NCBI GenBank assembly: GCA_046497485.1
Contig: JAWOFP010000045.1
Coordinates: 1 to 59,095, forward strand
DNA length: 59,095 nt
Direction of reading: 5' to 3'
Source: Candidatus Nanohaloarchaea archaeon
GTDB taxonomy: Archaea > Nanohalarchaeota > Nanosalinia > Nanosalinales > Nanosalinaceae
A model generated the notes under the pieces. It worked only from the letters and a program-made list of their open reading frames with translations. It was not told where the DNA came from and ran no database searches. Below are positions 31,577 through 40,623 of the stretch, one piece after another. Each line of letters begins with the position of its first letter. Position 1 is the stretch's first letter. A program made the position numbers and the translations under genes.

Positions 31577-31828
31577 ATGAACTTGAAACATGAATTATAT
31601 CTAGCAGCATACAATGCCAACCCCTTTAGCAGAGGGAAAATCAAAGAGAAGGGAAATCAATACATTTGGACAGACGGCCCAAATGAAGCTTATAACAGAC
31701 AAGAACTAGAAAGACTTGGGATCTCCAATAGAACTTCAAGAATTCTCGAAGAATTAAACGATTCCGAAGATTCTCTTGCAACCATTACAGATTCTCACCT
31801 AGAAAATAGATATGCTGGAAGCGACTAA
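31577..31828 (+). CDS. Hypothetical small protein (83 aa) lying between tuf and rps10
   Basis: ORF only, with no recognised family. It is flanked by an 11-nt direct repeat (see findings). Confidence 0.35.
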   Translation: MNLKHELYLAAYNANPFSRGKIKEKGNQYIWTDGPNEAYNRQELERLGISNRTSRILEELNDSEDSLATITDSHLENRYAGSD

Positions 31829-31864
31829 AGGCCTTTATAAGAATTAAGTTTAGAGTTATTTAGT

Positions 31865-32173
31865 ATGCAGAAGGCACGTGTAAAGCTTAGAAGTACCAGT
31901 CAGGAAAAAGTAGACGATCTATCAGACGAGATACTAGAGATAGGAGAAGAGTACAATGCAGATGTTTCAGGGCCAGTACCTCTTCCAACAAAGAACATGA
32001 AGATCACGACAAGAAAAGCACCTGATGGAGAAGGAAGCTCAACGATCGAAAGATTCGAGATGCATGTGCACAAGAGACTTATCGACATCGAAGACTCAGA
32101 GAGAGCACTTCGACAGGTCATGAGAGTACATGTACCAGAAGGCCTGGATATCGAAATCGAATTAATGGAATAA
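31865..32173 (+). CDS. rps10: 30S ribosomal protein uS10
   Basis: 102 aa with ARVKLRSTS, GPVPLPTK, and RFEMHVHKRLIDI. Confidence 0.9.
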   Translation: MQKARVKLRSTSQEKVDDLSDEILEIGEEYNADVSGPVPLPTKNMKITTRKAPDGEGSSTIERFEMHVHKRLIDIEDSERALRQVMRVHVPEGLDIEIELME

Positions 32174-32196
32174 AAGGTATGATTTTCCCGTTCTAA

Positions 32197-32206
32197 TTTA
32201 AAGTTT
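32197..32206 (+). promoter_or_regulatory. TATA-box-like TTTAAAGTTT upstream of tRNA-Ser; the spacing is unusually long
   Basis: The exact 10-mer lies 83-92 nt upstream of the tRNA 5' end, which would imply a ~60 nt leader. Confidence 0.25.
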
Positions 32207-32288
32207 CCAAATTTCAATAATTTCTAAGAGAGATCGTTCAAGTCATTCATAGAATGGCTTTTGATGATCAAACTTTCAGAAGTTTGAT

Positions 32289-32374
32289 GCCGGAGTGACT
32301 GAGTGGCTAAAGGTGCCGGTCTTGAAAACCGGTGACCCTTACGGGTCTCCTGGGTTCAAATCCCAGCTCCGGCG
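32289..32374 (+). tRNA. tRNA-Ser (anticodon UGA) with a long variable arm
   Basis: The acceptor is GCCGGAG/CTCCGGC. The anticodon stem is CCGGT/ACCGG with loop CTTGAAA. The variable arm is GACCC-TTAC-GGGTC. The T arm is CTGGG-TTCAAAT-CCCAG. Confidence 0.9.
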
Positions 32375-32390
32375 AATCTTATTTCTAGGT

Positions 32391-32756
32391 CTAATTTACT
32401 TCAGAAATAAGTATCTCTCTTTTGACATGATATTCTTCCCTGTAAAGTTCAGAGAAATATTTGGTGACTGAGAAAAGAACTAGAAGTACTGAAACCCCGA
32501 TATATGATGCTATTTGTGCAATATACTCGACCTGTTCGATACCAAATGTTGTGGCTACAGATGTAATTATTCCTGCATACAGAAGGACTTTGACAATATT
32601 GTGAAGCATCTTGTTAGTTCTATATTTTGCTAGAACTATCTCATATTTCGACAGAAGCTCCTCATCGTAATCTTTATTTTCCACGTACTGCCTCAGATCC
32701 TGATCTGCTCTCCCAAGCGGCGTCAATCTGAAGATGCTATCAAATATTACTTTCAC
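32391..32756 (-). CDS. Hypothetical membrane protein (121 aa)
   Basis: Two hydrophobic segments (LLYAGIITSVATTF, IASYIGVSVLLVLFSV). I recognised no family. Confidence 0.5.
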   Translation of the reverse strand: MKVIFDSIFRLTPLGRADQDLRQYVENKDYDEELLSKYEIVLAKYRTNKMLHNIVKVLLYAGIITSVATTFGIEQVEYIAQIASYIGVSVLLVLFSVTKYFSELYREEYHVKREILISEVN

Positions 32757-32810
32757 AAATGAAAATTATCATGGATAAATTAAAAGAACATCTTCCTACA
32801 ATACAATTAT

Positions 32811-33923
32811 ATGGAAATTGAGGTAAATGAGCGACTGCTTCTAGGCCTGATATCTGTACTGGGTTTAGGCCTTGTCGCGGCTTCGGCTGCAACAGTAATG
32901 TTAATCCAGGATATGGACAGTCTTGAGTCACAAATTGAAAATATTGGGAATCAAGAGAGAGTTATCTACGTAAATAATACTGATAGAGGATTTGAATCTA
33001 TATACAACCAATCCGGAGACTCTGTAGTATACATCCAAAATGGAGATTCACAAGGGTCAGGTTTCGTATACAACGAGACCGGCTATATCGTTACTAATGA
33101 GCATGTAGTGGGAGATAAAGAAGAATTACAAGTTACTTTTACTGATGGCGAAACACTCAATGCTGATGTAGTTGGGAAAGATGTCTACACAGATCTAGCG
33201 GTTTTAGAAGTTGATAGAGAAGATTTGACACCTCTAGAGTTTGCAGACTCCGAAGAGGTAAATGTTGGACAGACCGCAATCGCGATCGGTAATCCTTTCG
33301 GACTAGAAAGTTCAATGACCCAGGGAATAATCTCACAGAAAGGTAGAAGCATTACAATAGAAGGAGGATTCTCAATCAGAAACGTGTTACAGACAGATGC
33401 CTCAATCAACCCAGGTAACAGTGGAGGACCATTAATGAACAGAGAAGGAGAAGTAGTAGGGGTAAATACAGCTATTGAAACAAATACAGGGACTTTCTCG
33501 GGAGTAGGATTTGCAATACCCTCCAATACAGTACAGAGAGTTGTCCCAAATATAATCACACAGGGAGAGTACAAACACCCATGGATTGGAGTCAGAGGTC
33601 AGGATGTAAGACCTGAAATAGCCGATGAAATGGATTTAAACCAGAGTAGCGGATTCCTTGTTCTTGAAGTGGTTGAAGACAGTCCTGCAGATGAAGCAGG
33701 CCTGCTACCAAGTACTGAAGAAGTAGAGATAGAAGGAACCCCAGCATTAGTTGGCGGAGATGTAATAGTTGGAATAGACGAATACGAGGTCAGAGGAATC
33801 GAAGACGTCCTAGAGCATCTTGCGTTAAGAACAGATGTAGGCGATACAGTAACACTGGAAGTAATCAGAGATGGCCAGAGAGAAGAAGTTGAATTGACTC
33901 TAGGTCCAAGGCCTCAAAGCTAA
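32811..33923 (+). CDS. HtrA/DegP-family serine protease (S1C) with a PDZ domain and an N-terminal membrane anchor
   Basis: 370 aa with GSGFVY...IVTNEHVV, DLAVLEV, GNSGGPL, and a C-terminal PDZ-like region (VVEDSPADEAGL...GDVIVGID). Confidence 0.85.
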   Translation: MEIEVNERLLLGLISVLGLGLVAASAATVMLIQDMDSLESQIENIGNQERVIYVNNTDRGFESIYNQSGDSVVYIQNGDSQGSGFVYNETGYIVTNEHVVGDKEELQVTFTDGETLNADVVGKDVYTDLAVLEVDREDLTPLEFADSEEVNVGQTAIAIGNPFGLESSMTQGIISQKGRSITIEGGFSIRNVLQTDASINPGNSGGPLMNREGEVVGVNTAIETNTGTFSGVGFAIPSNTVQRVVPNIITQGEYKHPWIGVRGQDVRPEIADEMDLNQSSGFLVLEVVEDSPADEAGLLPSTEEVEIEGTPALVGGDVIVGIDEYEVRGIEDVLEHLALRTDVGDTVTLEVIRDGQREEVELTLGPRPQS

Positions 33924-34900
33924 CGAGGATTGTATCTTAGAATTGCTGCAAGGCCTCCTAGGCTTTCCAGTCTTTCGCCGGCTTCATGGTCTGGATGAAC
34001 TTTTTTGACATATCCACCAGTCTGCTCGACTTTTTCTATTAATTCCTGATTCTCTCGGTAAATTTTTGGCGTCACGAGAAGAGTCTCTACAGCACCTTGT
34101 TCTACTAAATCTCTGACTGGTTCACCGTAACTAACTTTCTCATCCTTCTCCATGTTTTCAAAAAGGCCTTCCATTAACTCTGTTTCCTCATCAATCCTGG
34201 ACTTCTGGACCACATCTTTCAGTGCTCCTCTCTTTATTGACTCATTGAGGCCTGTTTTTCCAGTCACAGATGTGTCTTTCACGAAGACATTTTCTTTGTC
34301 ACCGAGCGCATTGTAAAGCTTGTTTTTGAAGAATCCAGGGCCTGCGACAATCACCGCATCGTATTCATCCTGAGTTCTCTCTATCGCTGTTTTGACATCT
34401 CCAATAAAGTCCGGTGAGGCCTGATCACTGTACATCTTACCCGGAATATTATCTGACAAATTTGAGATATCTTTGATACCTGACTCTCTAACCTCGTAAA
34501 AGGAGGCCTCTCCCTCTTCAGTTATACAAAATAATACATTGTAGCTCCGAGTCTCTTCAGCTTTTTCCAAAGTTTTCCAGTCGTTTTCGGAAAAGTCTTT
34601 CCATAATTGGATTTCATCGTCTTCTTCTACATTGAAAGTATGGAATCCTAGCTCGACTCCTTCAGCGCCTTGAGTAATCTCTCCAGTGATTCTTAACCTG
34701 TCTTCCTGATATTCAGTCTTCTCGACACGAATCTTTAGGGTAACCGTTTTCTTCTCTCTTCCGTCCAGTTTGGTTCGATGAGTCTTTTTCTTTACTTCAT
34801 CTCCTTTCCCTATTACCTGACTTAGATACCATAGGTCATCACGGTTCTCTATCCGGATCCTGACATATCCTTCTCCTCTGGATTTTTCTAAAAGCTTCAT
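33920..34900 (-). CDS. pelA: Pelota/Dom34 mRNA surveillance factor
   Basis: I set the start at MKLLEKSRGEGYVRIRIENRDDLWYLSQVI (ATG at 34900). The track ORF extends to 34948. The C-terminal region is eRF1-like. Confidence 0.8.
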   Translation of the reverse strand: MKLLEKSRGEGYVRIRIENRDDLWYLSQVIGKGDEVKKKTHRTKLDGREKKTVTLKIRVEKTEYQEDRLRITGEITQGAEGVELGFHTFNVEEDDEIQLWKDFSENDWKTLEKAEETRSYNVLFCITEEGEASFYEVRESGIKDISNLSDNIPGKMYSDQASPDFIGDVKTAIERTQDEYDAVIVAGPGFFKNKLYNALGDKENVFVKDTSVTGKTGLNESIKRGALKDVVQKSRIDEETELMEGLFENMEKDEKVSYGEPVRDLVEQGAVETLLVTPKIYRENQELIEKVEQTGGYVKKVHPDHEAGERLESLGGLAAILRYNPR

Positions 34901-34954
34901 AAAAGATGAAAAAGAGTCGTACAAATAAAAACCTCCATCTCTAAACATCTAACA

Positions 34955-36094
34955 ATGTCAAACGCATTTGTCGCAGTACTTGCAGTAGGCCTTACAGTAT
35001 TTGGATTAGCTTTTATCGCGACCGAAGTCGGTCCAGGTTTACAGGAAGATACTGATGAGATGACTTTCTTCGATAAAGATATTGGACAGGTGGGAGAAAC
35101 TCAGACAGATACAAGATCTATAGAACTGGGAAGCTTTACCGTAGGAGAAGGTCGTGGGGATGTCCAAGCCTACAGACGCGACAGCGCTGAAGTCTCTCAA
35201 GGCCGCATCGGGTCCGACCCAATAACCTTCCAGTATGAGGCATCCCAACCTAGAGAAGGATCAGTAAGCTTCCGGGTAATAGGAAGAGAAGGTAACGGAA
35301 ATATCTATATTGAGGTAAATGGAGAAAGAATATTTGAAGAGCCAATGACCTCAGACTTCACAGGAACAGGCTCAGAGTTCACAGTTCCTCAAAGAACACT
35401 TGAACAAGGAACAAACAACTTTGAGATTGGCGCAACAAGAGGCTCACTCTTCTCACCAACAACTTATAGCCTAGAGAATATTCAGGCAGAAGTGAATGAC
35501 AGAGACTTCCACGATCGCGTGGAGACATTCAGGATGTTTGAAAACGAATTCGAAAACCTGTATGATACAAAATTAAGCTTCAAAATCCCTCCACAATCCA
35601 CTCAAGCAGACGCACCGTTACAGATACGCGTAAACAATAATACAGTCAGAGAAGATACATTAGCAAGAGGAGAATACGAAGTCGAATTAACGCCAGAAAA
35701 CTCTGACTTGAGTCCTGGAAGAAATACTATCAGGTTCCTTACATTTGATCAGGCCTTCTATGAGATAGAGAACTCTATACTAGACGTTCAGTACAGCGTA
35801 ACGACTTCAAGCGATGCAGTCACAGAAGAAATTACTCTTTCAGACTCAGAGTTAAGGTTTGCTGACCGTGAAGAAACCCAAGAAGAGTTGAGATTTACGT
35901 ACACTAATCTAAATAACCCTAACAATCTGCAGATTGATTTAAACAACGAAACCTATAATCTGGAGCCTGAAAACGGGCCTAACACTGTAGAACTTGAGGA
36001 AGATGTTCTAACTGAAGACAATATTCTGAGTATGAGTAGCGATGGATCTTTCAGGATGGAAAACCTCCAGTTAGCGAGCTCAGTGAATAATTAA
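34955..36094 (+). CDS. Hypothetical N-terminally anchored extracytoplasmic protein (379 aa)
   Basis: A single N-terminal hydrophobic segment (FVAVLAVGLTVFGLAFI) is followed by a hydrophilic, beta-rich-looking sequence. It is the first gene of the envelope block. Confidence 0.6.
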   Translation: MSNAFVAVLAVGLTVFGLAFIATEVGPGLQEDTDEMTFFDKDIGQVGETQTDTRSIELGSFTVGEGRGDVQAYRRDSAEVSQGRIGSDPITFQYEASQPREGSVSFRVIGREGNGNIYIEVNGERIFEEPMTSDFTGTGSEFTVPQRTLEQGTNNFEIGATRGSLFSPTTYSLENIQAEVNDRDFHDRVETFRMFENEFENLYDTKLSFKIPPQSTQADAPLQIRVNNNTVREDTLARGEYEVELTPENSDLSPGRNTIRFLTFDQAFYEIENSILDVQYSVTTSSDAVTEEITLSDSELRFADREETQEELRFTYTNLNNPNNLQIDLNNETYNLEPENGPNTVELEEDVLTEDNILSMSSDGSFRMENLQLASSVNN

Positions 36095-39090
36095 TGTTTT
36101 TATTCAAATGGATTAAGGAATACTTTGCAATTTTCTTTCTAGGCCTCATCTTCATATGGATGGCCACATTTACGATGATATCTCCATCAGGACTTATGGG
36201 ATTCCTTTTCTGGATAGGCGCATCGCTATTTGCTTCCCTTATGTGGAACGCGTTATGCGGACTACTAATAGGCCCGCTTTATATCATTGTTTTAAGGCCT
36301 GCGCTAGTTATAGCTGTAAAAGTTCCGTTAATCATTCTCAGGATTTTACTGCATATTTTCGTAGCCACTCCATTGAAATTCATGGGACAGTCTAGTTCCT
36401 GGCTCTGGAACGGATTTGAAGGCTCAATAGGAAATATGGTGGCTCGAGATGAAGAAAGCGGAAGAAGAAAACCTAAATTAAGATATATGGCAGTTTTCCT
36501 ATTCTTCCTGGCAGGCCTGACTTATATCGTAGGAGTTGACATTGAAACTTTCACTGCTATGATGCGTGATGCAACAATTTTAGCCATCCCGCTAATTTTT
36601 GTACCTCTAATTTTGACAATGATAGTCAGCGGGATAGGCGTCAAATTAAGCGGTCGTTCATTGGGCGAGACTGCGGAAGAATCCTATGATGATCGAATGA
36701 ATACTGTTGATCAGGCAAGTGAAGTGGCTGAAAGCGCTGTCGGAATCTACAAAGACTTAGACCATATCAACGAACATAAGAAAGCTATAGAGAAAAATGG
36801 CAGCGTTAAAGAAGGTATTAAAGATACAGTAGGTAACAATGGAGTAAGTCAAAGAGCTGCAAGAGCCGGCTCCAAAGCTGATTCAGTAGTAGCTAACAAT
36901 AGATGGCTTACAAGAATTGCAGGAAGCCTTGATGAACTTCCTCTAATTGGAGACTGGCTAGCAGGCATGTTAGGTGGTGTGACAGGCGGTTCAGCTATTG
37001 CAGTACTCATTGTAGTACTCATTATACTGATTGTAGTATGGCTCTTCGTCGCATTGATATTCATAATATTGTTCGGTGGAATCATGTATGCCACAGTCTT
37101 CCCATTCCTTGAGTCCACATTTGGAGTAGCATCAGGATATGGCGCAGATATAGGAGGAGTATTAAGCACAGGCCCTGATGCAAGCCTAGGAGGCCCCTCA
37201 CCAGAGTTCAACAGTTTGAAACTTGCAGGAGCACGGGTAAGCTGTATGCTTGAAGGACCTGCATGCATGAGAGAATGGAGAAACAATAATACACAAAGGC
37301 CGGGATCAGAATCTGTAGGCACAGAATTCGGATTGGAGATAGAAGAATTCAGTGTAAACTCAGGCCTCACTTTGGATATCTCTACACGTAATCAAGATGA
37401 TACTATACCGATTCAGTTTGATGTCTACAACCCGATTCAAGGCCTTAGAGGGATAGAAGCTAGAAATGTTCAATACAGAGTCTCAGTCGATGGAGGACCT
37501 ACAACAAGCTGTAAGAGCGATTGGAAGGATCTAGGAGGCCAGTTTGTAGGAGATAAAGACAATGCGATCGCACCCGGAGGATTTGCAAGGCCTGGCGGAG
37601 AATTAGAAAACCTAACTTTGAAGAACTGTGGAGCCTTACAGCCGGGTTACAGCCAAGACATGTCTGCGGAACTTCAGATAAAGTATGATTACTCTTCACA
37701 GTCTACCTTACAATTCCAGGCGATGGAACAGAGCTACATGATTGATGAAGGTATGAGGCCTGAACCTACTAAATCTGAGACTGCTGATACTCCTGTAAAG
37801 ACCTATGTAAATGTGCAGTCTCCTGTTACATTCAGGAATCCTGAGGATGGAAATGGCCGAGCGCCTATAGAGTTCCCAGTCTGGGTAGGATTCGAGACAA
37901 ACAGATTTGACTTAGAATACCAAGTCCATCCAGACGATTTGAAGATCTACAGTTCTAGTCTATTAACTGATGTAGATAGAACGGAACCAAGCGATTTCGA
38001 TGTAGATCTAAATGAAGAAAACAATGAATTCAGTAGCACATGCTCAGACTTAGAACATCAATCCGGCACAGAATATGCTTTATCAGATGATTACAAAGGA
38101 AATATTAATCAGTCACAAACTGAGGATGGCAACTGGTACACTCGAGGCCTAGGCCCAACATTAGCTCAGTGTTCTATGGTTCTAGCTCCTGATACAATCA
38201 ATTCAATAAGTGAGACAGGAGAATCAATGAGCATCAGAATCGACGGCAACTACACTGTAAGGCTTTCAAGCAGCTCAAAAGACTTTGAAGTAATAAATAA
38301 TAGATGCGGAACAGAGTACAACTGTCCATTCATTGTTACAAAAGAAGAAAGTGATGCTGAGGAAGGTCAAATCTCTGCAGAATGTTCAACAGAAACTAGT
38401 GTAGATTCTACAGATGGATGCACAGTTTTAGAGAACACTAATGCATGGGCTAGTAGGCCTTCACCAGTCAATGATAATAACCAGTTAAGCAACACTATAG
38501 AGAACCGTGAGACTGCCTACAATCTGACAAATCTAGTGACAAATAGACTTTCAAGAAATGAACCTAGCGGAGAAAATATTGACTTTTCAGGATATGAAGA
38601 AAGAGGAGGAGAATTTTACTCTCCAGAAGCTGCAGTAGGCCTAGAGCCAAGAAATGTTGAAGAAGTGAACCAGTCAGACCTTGGTTATGCTATAACCGCA
38701 ACAGAGACTAATAACCATCAAACCGAGATACAGGTGCTGGAAGAGTACTACTTGTGCCAGGATAATAAAAATAAAGCAGAAGACTTCGTATCGGAACAGA
38801 CCGGATCAGATAACATTGTCTATTACAAGGTGCCGGTTATAGACTGTGATCAGAGCTTGCTAGATATCTATGAGTCTCAGGCTAGCAGCAATTTGCAGTG
38901 TGCTATAGATACTGTTGACCCTACCGAAAATGTATTCACAGAGGTAAGAAAAGGCGCGGATTCGTTATGGGATGCCTTCACCCCAGATAGCTGCAGTCTA
39001 GACCCTCTAAGAGGAAGTATTGAGAAGTGTGAAGGAGAAACATACAAAGTATTCGATCCACAATCAGATGCACAGACATGCTTCAGCTAA
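36094..39090 (+). CDS. Large polytopic membrane protein (998 aa) with a Cys-containing extracytoplasmic C-terminal region
   Basis: Multiple hydrophobic segments lie in the first ~330 aa. The following ~650 aa are hydrophilic and carry about 20 Cys. A segment resembles the downstream lipoproteins (AELQIKYDYSSQSTLQFQ). Confidence 0.65.
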   Translation: MFLFKWIKEYFAIFFLGLIFIWMATFTMISPSGLMGFLFWIGASLFASLMWNALCGLLIGPLYIIVLRPALVIAVKVPLIILRILLHIFVATPLKFMGQSSSWLWNGFEGSIGNMVARDEESGRRKPKLRYMAVFLFFLAGLTYIVGVDIETFTAMMRDATILAIPLIFVPLILTMIVSGIGVKLSGRSLGETAEESYDDRMNTVDQASEVAESAVGIYKDLDHINEHKKAIEKNGSVKEGIKDTVGNNGVSQRAARAGSKADSVVANNRWLTRIAGSLDELPLIGDWLAGMLGGVTGGSAIAVLIVVLIILIVVWLFVALIFIILFGGIMYATVFPFLESTFGVASGYGADIGGVLSTGPDASLGGPSPEFNSLKLAGARVSCMLEGPACMREWRNNNTQRPGSESVGTEFGLEIEEFSVNSGLTLDISTRNQDDTIPIQFDVYNPIQGLRGIEARNVQYRVSVDGGPTTSCKSDWKDLGGQFVGDKDNAIAPGGFARPGGELENLTLKNCGALQPGYSQDMSAELQIKYDYSSQSTLQFQAMEQSYMIDEGMRPEPTKSETADTPVKTYVNVQSPVTFRNPEDGNGRAPIEFPVWVGFETNRFDLEYQVHPDDLKIYSSSLLTDVDRTEPSDFDVDLNEENNEFSSTCSDLEHQSGTEYALSDDYKGNINQSQTEDGNWYTRGLGPTLAQCSMVLAPDTINSISETGESMSIRIDGNYTVRLSSSSKDFEVINNRCGTEYNCPFIVTKEESDAEEGQISAECSTETSVDSTDGCTVLENTNAWASRPSPVNDNNQLSNTIENRETAYNLTNLVTNRLSRNEPSGENIDFSGYEERGGEFYSPEAAVGLEPRNVEEVNQSDLGYAITATETNNHQTEIQVLEEYYLCQDNKNKAEDFVSEQTGSDNIVYYKVPVIDCDQSLLDIYESQASSNLQCAIDTVDPTENVFTEVRKGADSLWDAFTPDSCSLDPLRGSIEKCEGETYKVFDPQSDAQTCFS

Positions 39091-39688
39091 AATAAACTAA
39101 AGCATTACTTACCGTGAGGTAAAGGCCTACTACATAAATTATCTTAAGCAACAGCTTTGACTCTTTTTCAGGAAGCTTTAGATAGCTGTAAATTATTACA
39201 GGCAAAATTACCGCTTTCACGCCAAAAATAGAGATAGACCCAAAATTATCTATAATCAAGTCAATTAATGGATTTACTTCTCTAAGGCCTTTTCTTATTC
39301 CTATATAGGTTGTAAATGCATCACCCACATGGGTTAAAGTAGCAAGGAGCATTAACGAAAATCTTTCAGAGTAAGATGAAAGAACTAGGTTTGCGATAAT
39401 GGCGCTAACCCCTGCCATAATTATTAGGCTTGCCGGCGTTCCAGATTCCAGAGTTAGAAATGATATAAGAGATATTAGTAGTAGACCCGGACGGGGATAA
39501 AAATGCAATACAGAGAGAAAAATTAGGGAGACTAAAGCTGCAAAAATCCCCGACATATAACCTGATAACTGGAAGAAGGCCTGTAATACTGAAGCAGACA
39601 GAACAGCAACTGTTATCTCCGGGAATGAAAATGAGTTCAGGAAAGACACCATTTGGTTTTCTGGAATCTTTTTATTCAAGGCCTCCAT
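39083..39688 (-). CDS. Polytopic membrane protein with a DUF5658-like C-terminal segment
   Basis: I set the start at MEALNKK (ATG at 39688) to avoid overlapping the gene at 39700. The motif is THVGDAFTTYIGIRKGLREVNPL. Confidence 0.5.
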   Translation of the reverse strand: MEALNKKIPENQMVSFLNSFSFPEITVAVLSASVLQAFFQLSGYMSGIFAALVSLIFLSVLHFYPRPGLLLISLISFLTLESGTPASLIIMAGVSAIIANLVLSSYSERFSLMLLATLTHVGDAFTTYIGIRKGLREVNPLIDLIIDNFGSISIFGVKAVILPVIIYSYLKLPEKESKLLLKIIYVVGLYLTVSNALVYFS

Positions 39689-39699
39689 AATATAGAATA

Positions 39700-40623
39700 A
39701 TGCGTAATGGATATATTTTAGCTTTAGTGGGTCTAGTAATTTTAACCTCTGGATGTATGGATGGAGGAGAGGAAACCGAGTCAGAAGGAACTCAAGCGAT
39801 TGGAGTGAATGAATTGAGTGTAACGCCTCAGACAATCTATGCAGATTCCAGCACTACAGCCATACTTCATATCGAGAATACAGGCCTGCTTGACGCAAAT
39901 CTTACTATTGACAGCGAATGGAGTCAGGACGATACTCATCCGAATTACGGGGATAGATTATTGACCAATAGGTGCAGAGATATTTTTGAGGTAGATGAGT
40001 TTTCTGCTAGAGGGCCTGGAGACCAAAGTAAGGATAGATATAATCTTCCTTCAGGTACAGAGGCAAGGTTTAGCTGGAGTCTCAGCACGAGAAACGCTAA
40101 TGTCCCTATTCAAGGCCTTGATTGTAACATGAGGTTTGAGGTTCCGTTCGATTACAGTGTATCTGCTTATCGACAGCTTCAGTTTTTGGAAAGCCGAGAA
40201 GTTCAGGGCGTATCAGAGTTAGATTCGAGGTCTTCGAGAGGGCCTATGGCGATAAACATTGAGACAATCGGATCGACTTCAGAACAAGGTTCTTCAACCT
40301 TTGTAGAAGGAGATAATGCAGAAGTAATAATTAGACTGCGAAATCAGGTAGAGGAAGGATCAAGTTACACAGGATTTATACAGGCAGAAGTACCGGAAAT
40401 TGAGGCCTCAGGCGTTGAGTTTGAGGAAGAATGTGAAGGCGCTCAGGGAGATACCATTACTATGTATGAAGGAGAGTCTCAGCCTATTAGATGCAGTATA
40501 AGCGATGAAGTATTTGAAGACCTAAATGGTTCTGCAAGAGGAGAAGTAAGAGTATCAGCTGACTATACCTATGTGAAAGATCTTGGATCAAAAAATGTGG
40601 AGGTAGAGTACCGTGGAAACTAA
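39700..40623 (+). CDS. Putative lipoprotein, paralog 1 of 3 (307 aa)
   Basis: The signal has a lipobox-like end (VILTSGCMDGGEE). It has a two-domain pattern, with FDYSVSAYRQLQF mid-protein and SADYTYVKD near the C-terminus. Confidence 0.65.
   Translation: MRNGYILALVGLVILTSGCMDGGEETESEGTQAIGVNELSVTPQTIYADSSTTAILHIENTGLLDANLTIDSEWSQDDTHPNYGDRLLTNRCRDIFEVDEFSARGPGDQSKDRYNLPSGTEARFSWSLSTRNANVPIQGLDCNMRFEVPFDYSVSAYRQLQFLESREVQGVSELDSRSSRGPMAINIETIGSTSEQGSSTFVEGDNAEVIIRLRNQVEEGSSYTGFIQAEVPEIEASGVEFEEECEGAQGDTITMYEGESQPIRCSISDEVFEDLNGSARGEVRVSADYTYVKDLGSKNVEVEYRGN

Noticed and set aside
32230-32288. Possible C/D-box small RNA in the long leader between the TTTAAAGTTT box and tRNA-Ser
   Set aside because: A C-box-like TGATGA is present at 32262-32267, but there is no D box (CTGA) or terminal stem at suitable spacing.
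35150-35160. RGD tripeptide (GEGRGDVQ) in the 379-aa anchored protein as an integrin-type adhesion motif
   Set aside because: A tripeptide is expected by chance in an acidic proteome, and there is no eukaryotic host context to give it meaning.
36849-37370. 173-aa minus-strand ORF inside the 998-aa gene, together with the 183-aa plus-strand ORF at 44547-45098 inside the 579-aa gene
   Set aside because: Both are fully nested antisense to much longer ORFs that have signal, transmembrane or repeat structure. Neither has a start-site context (GGTGA or TATA box), and both have non-acidic composition.
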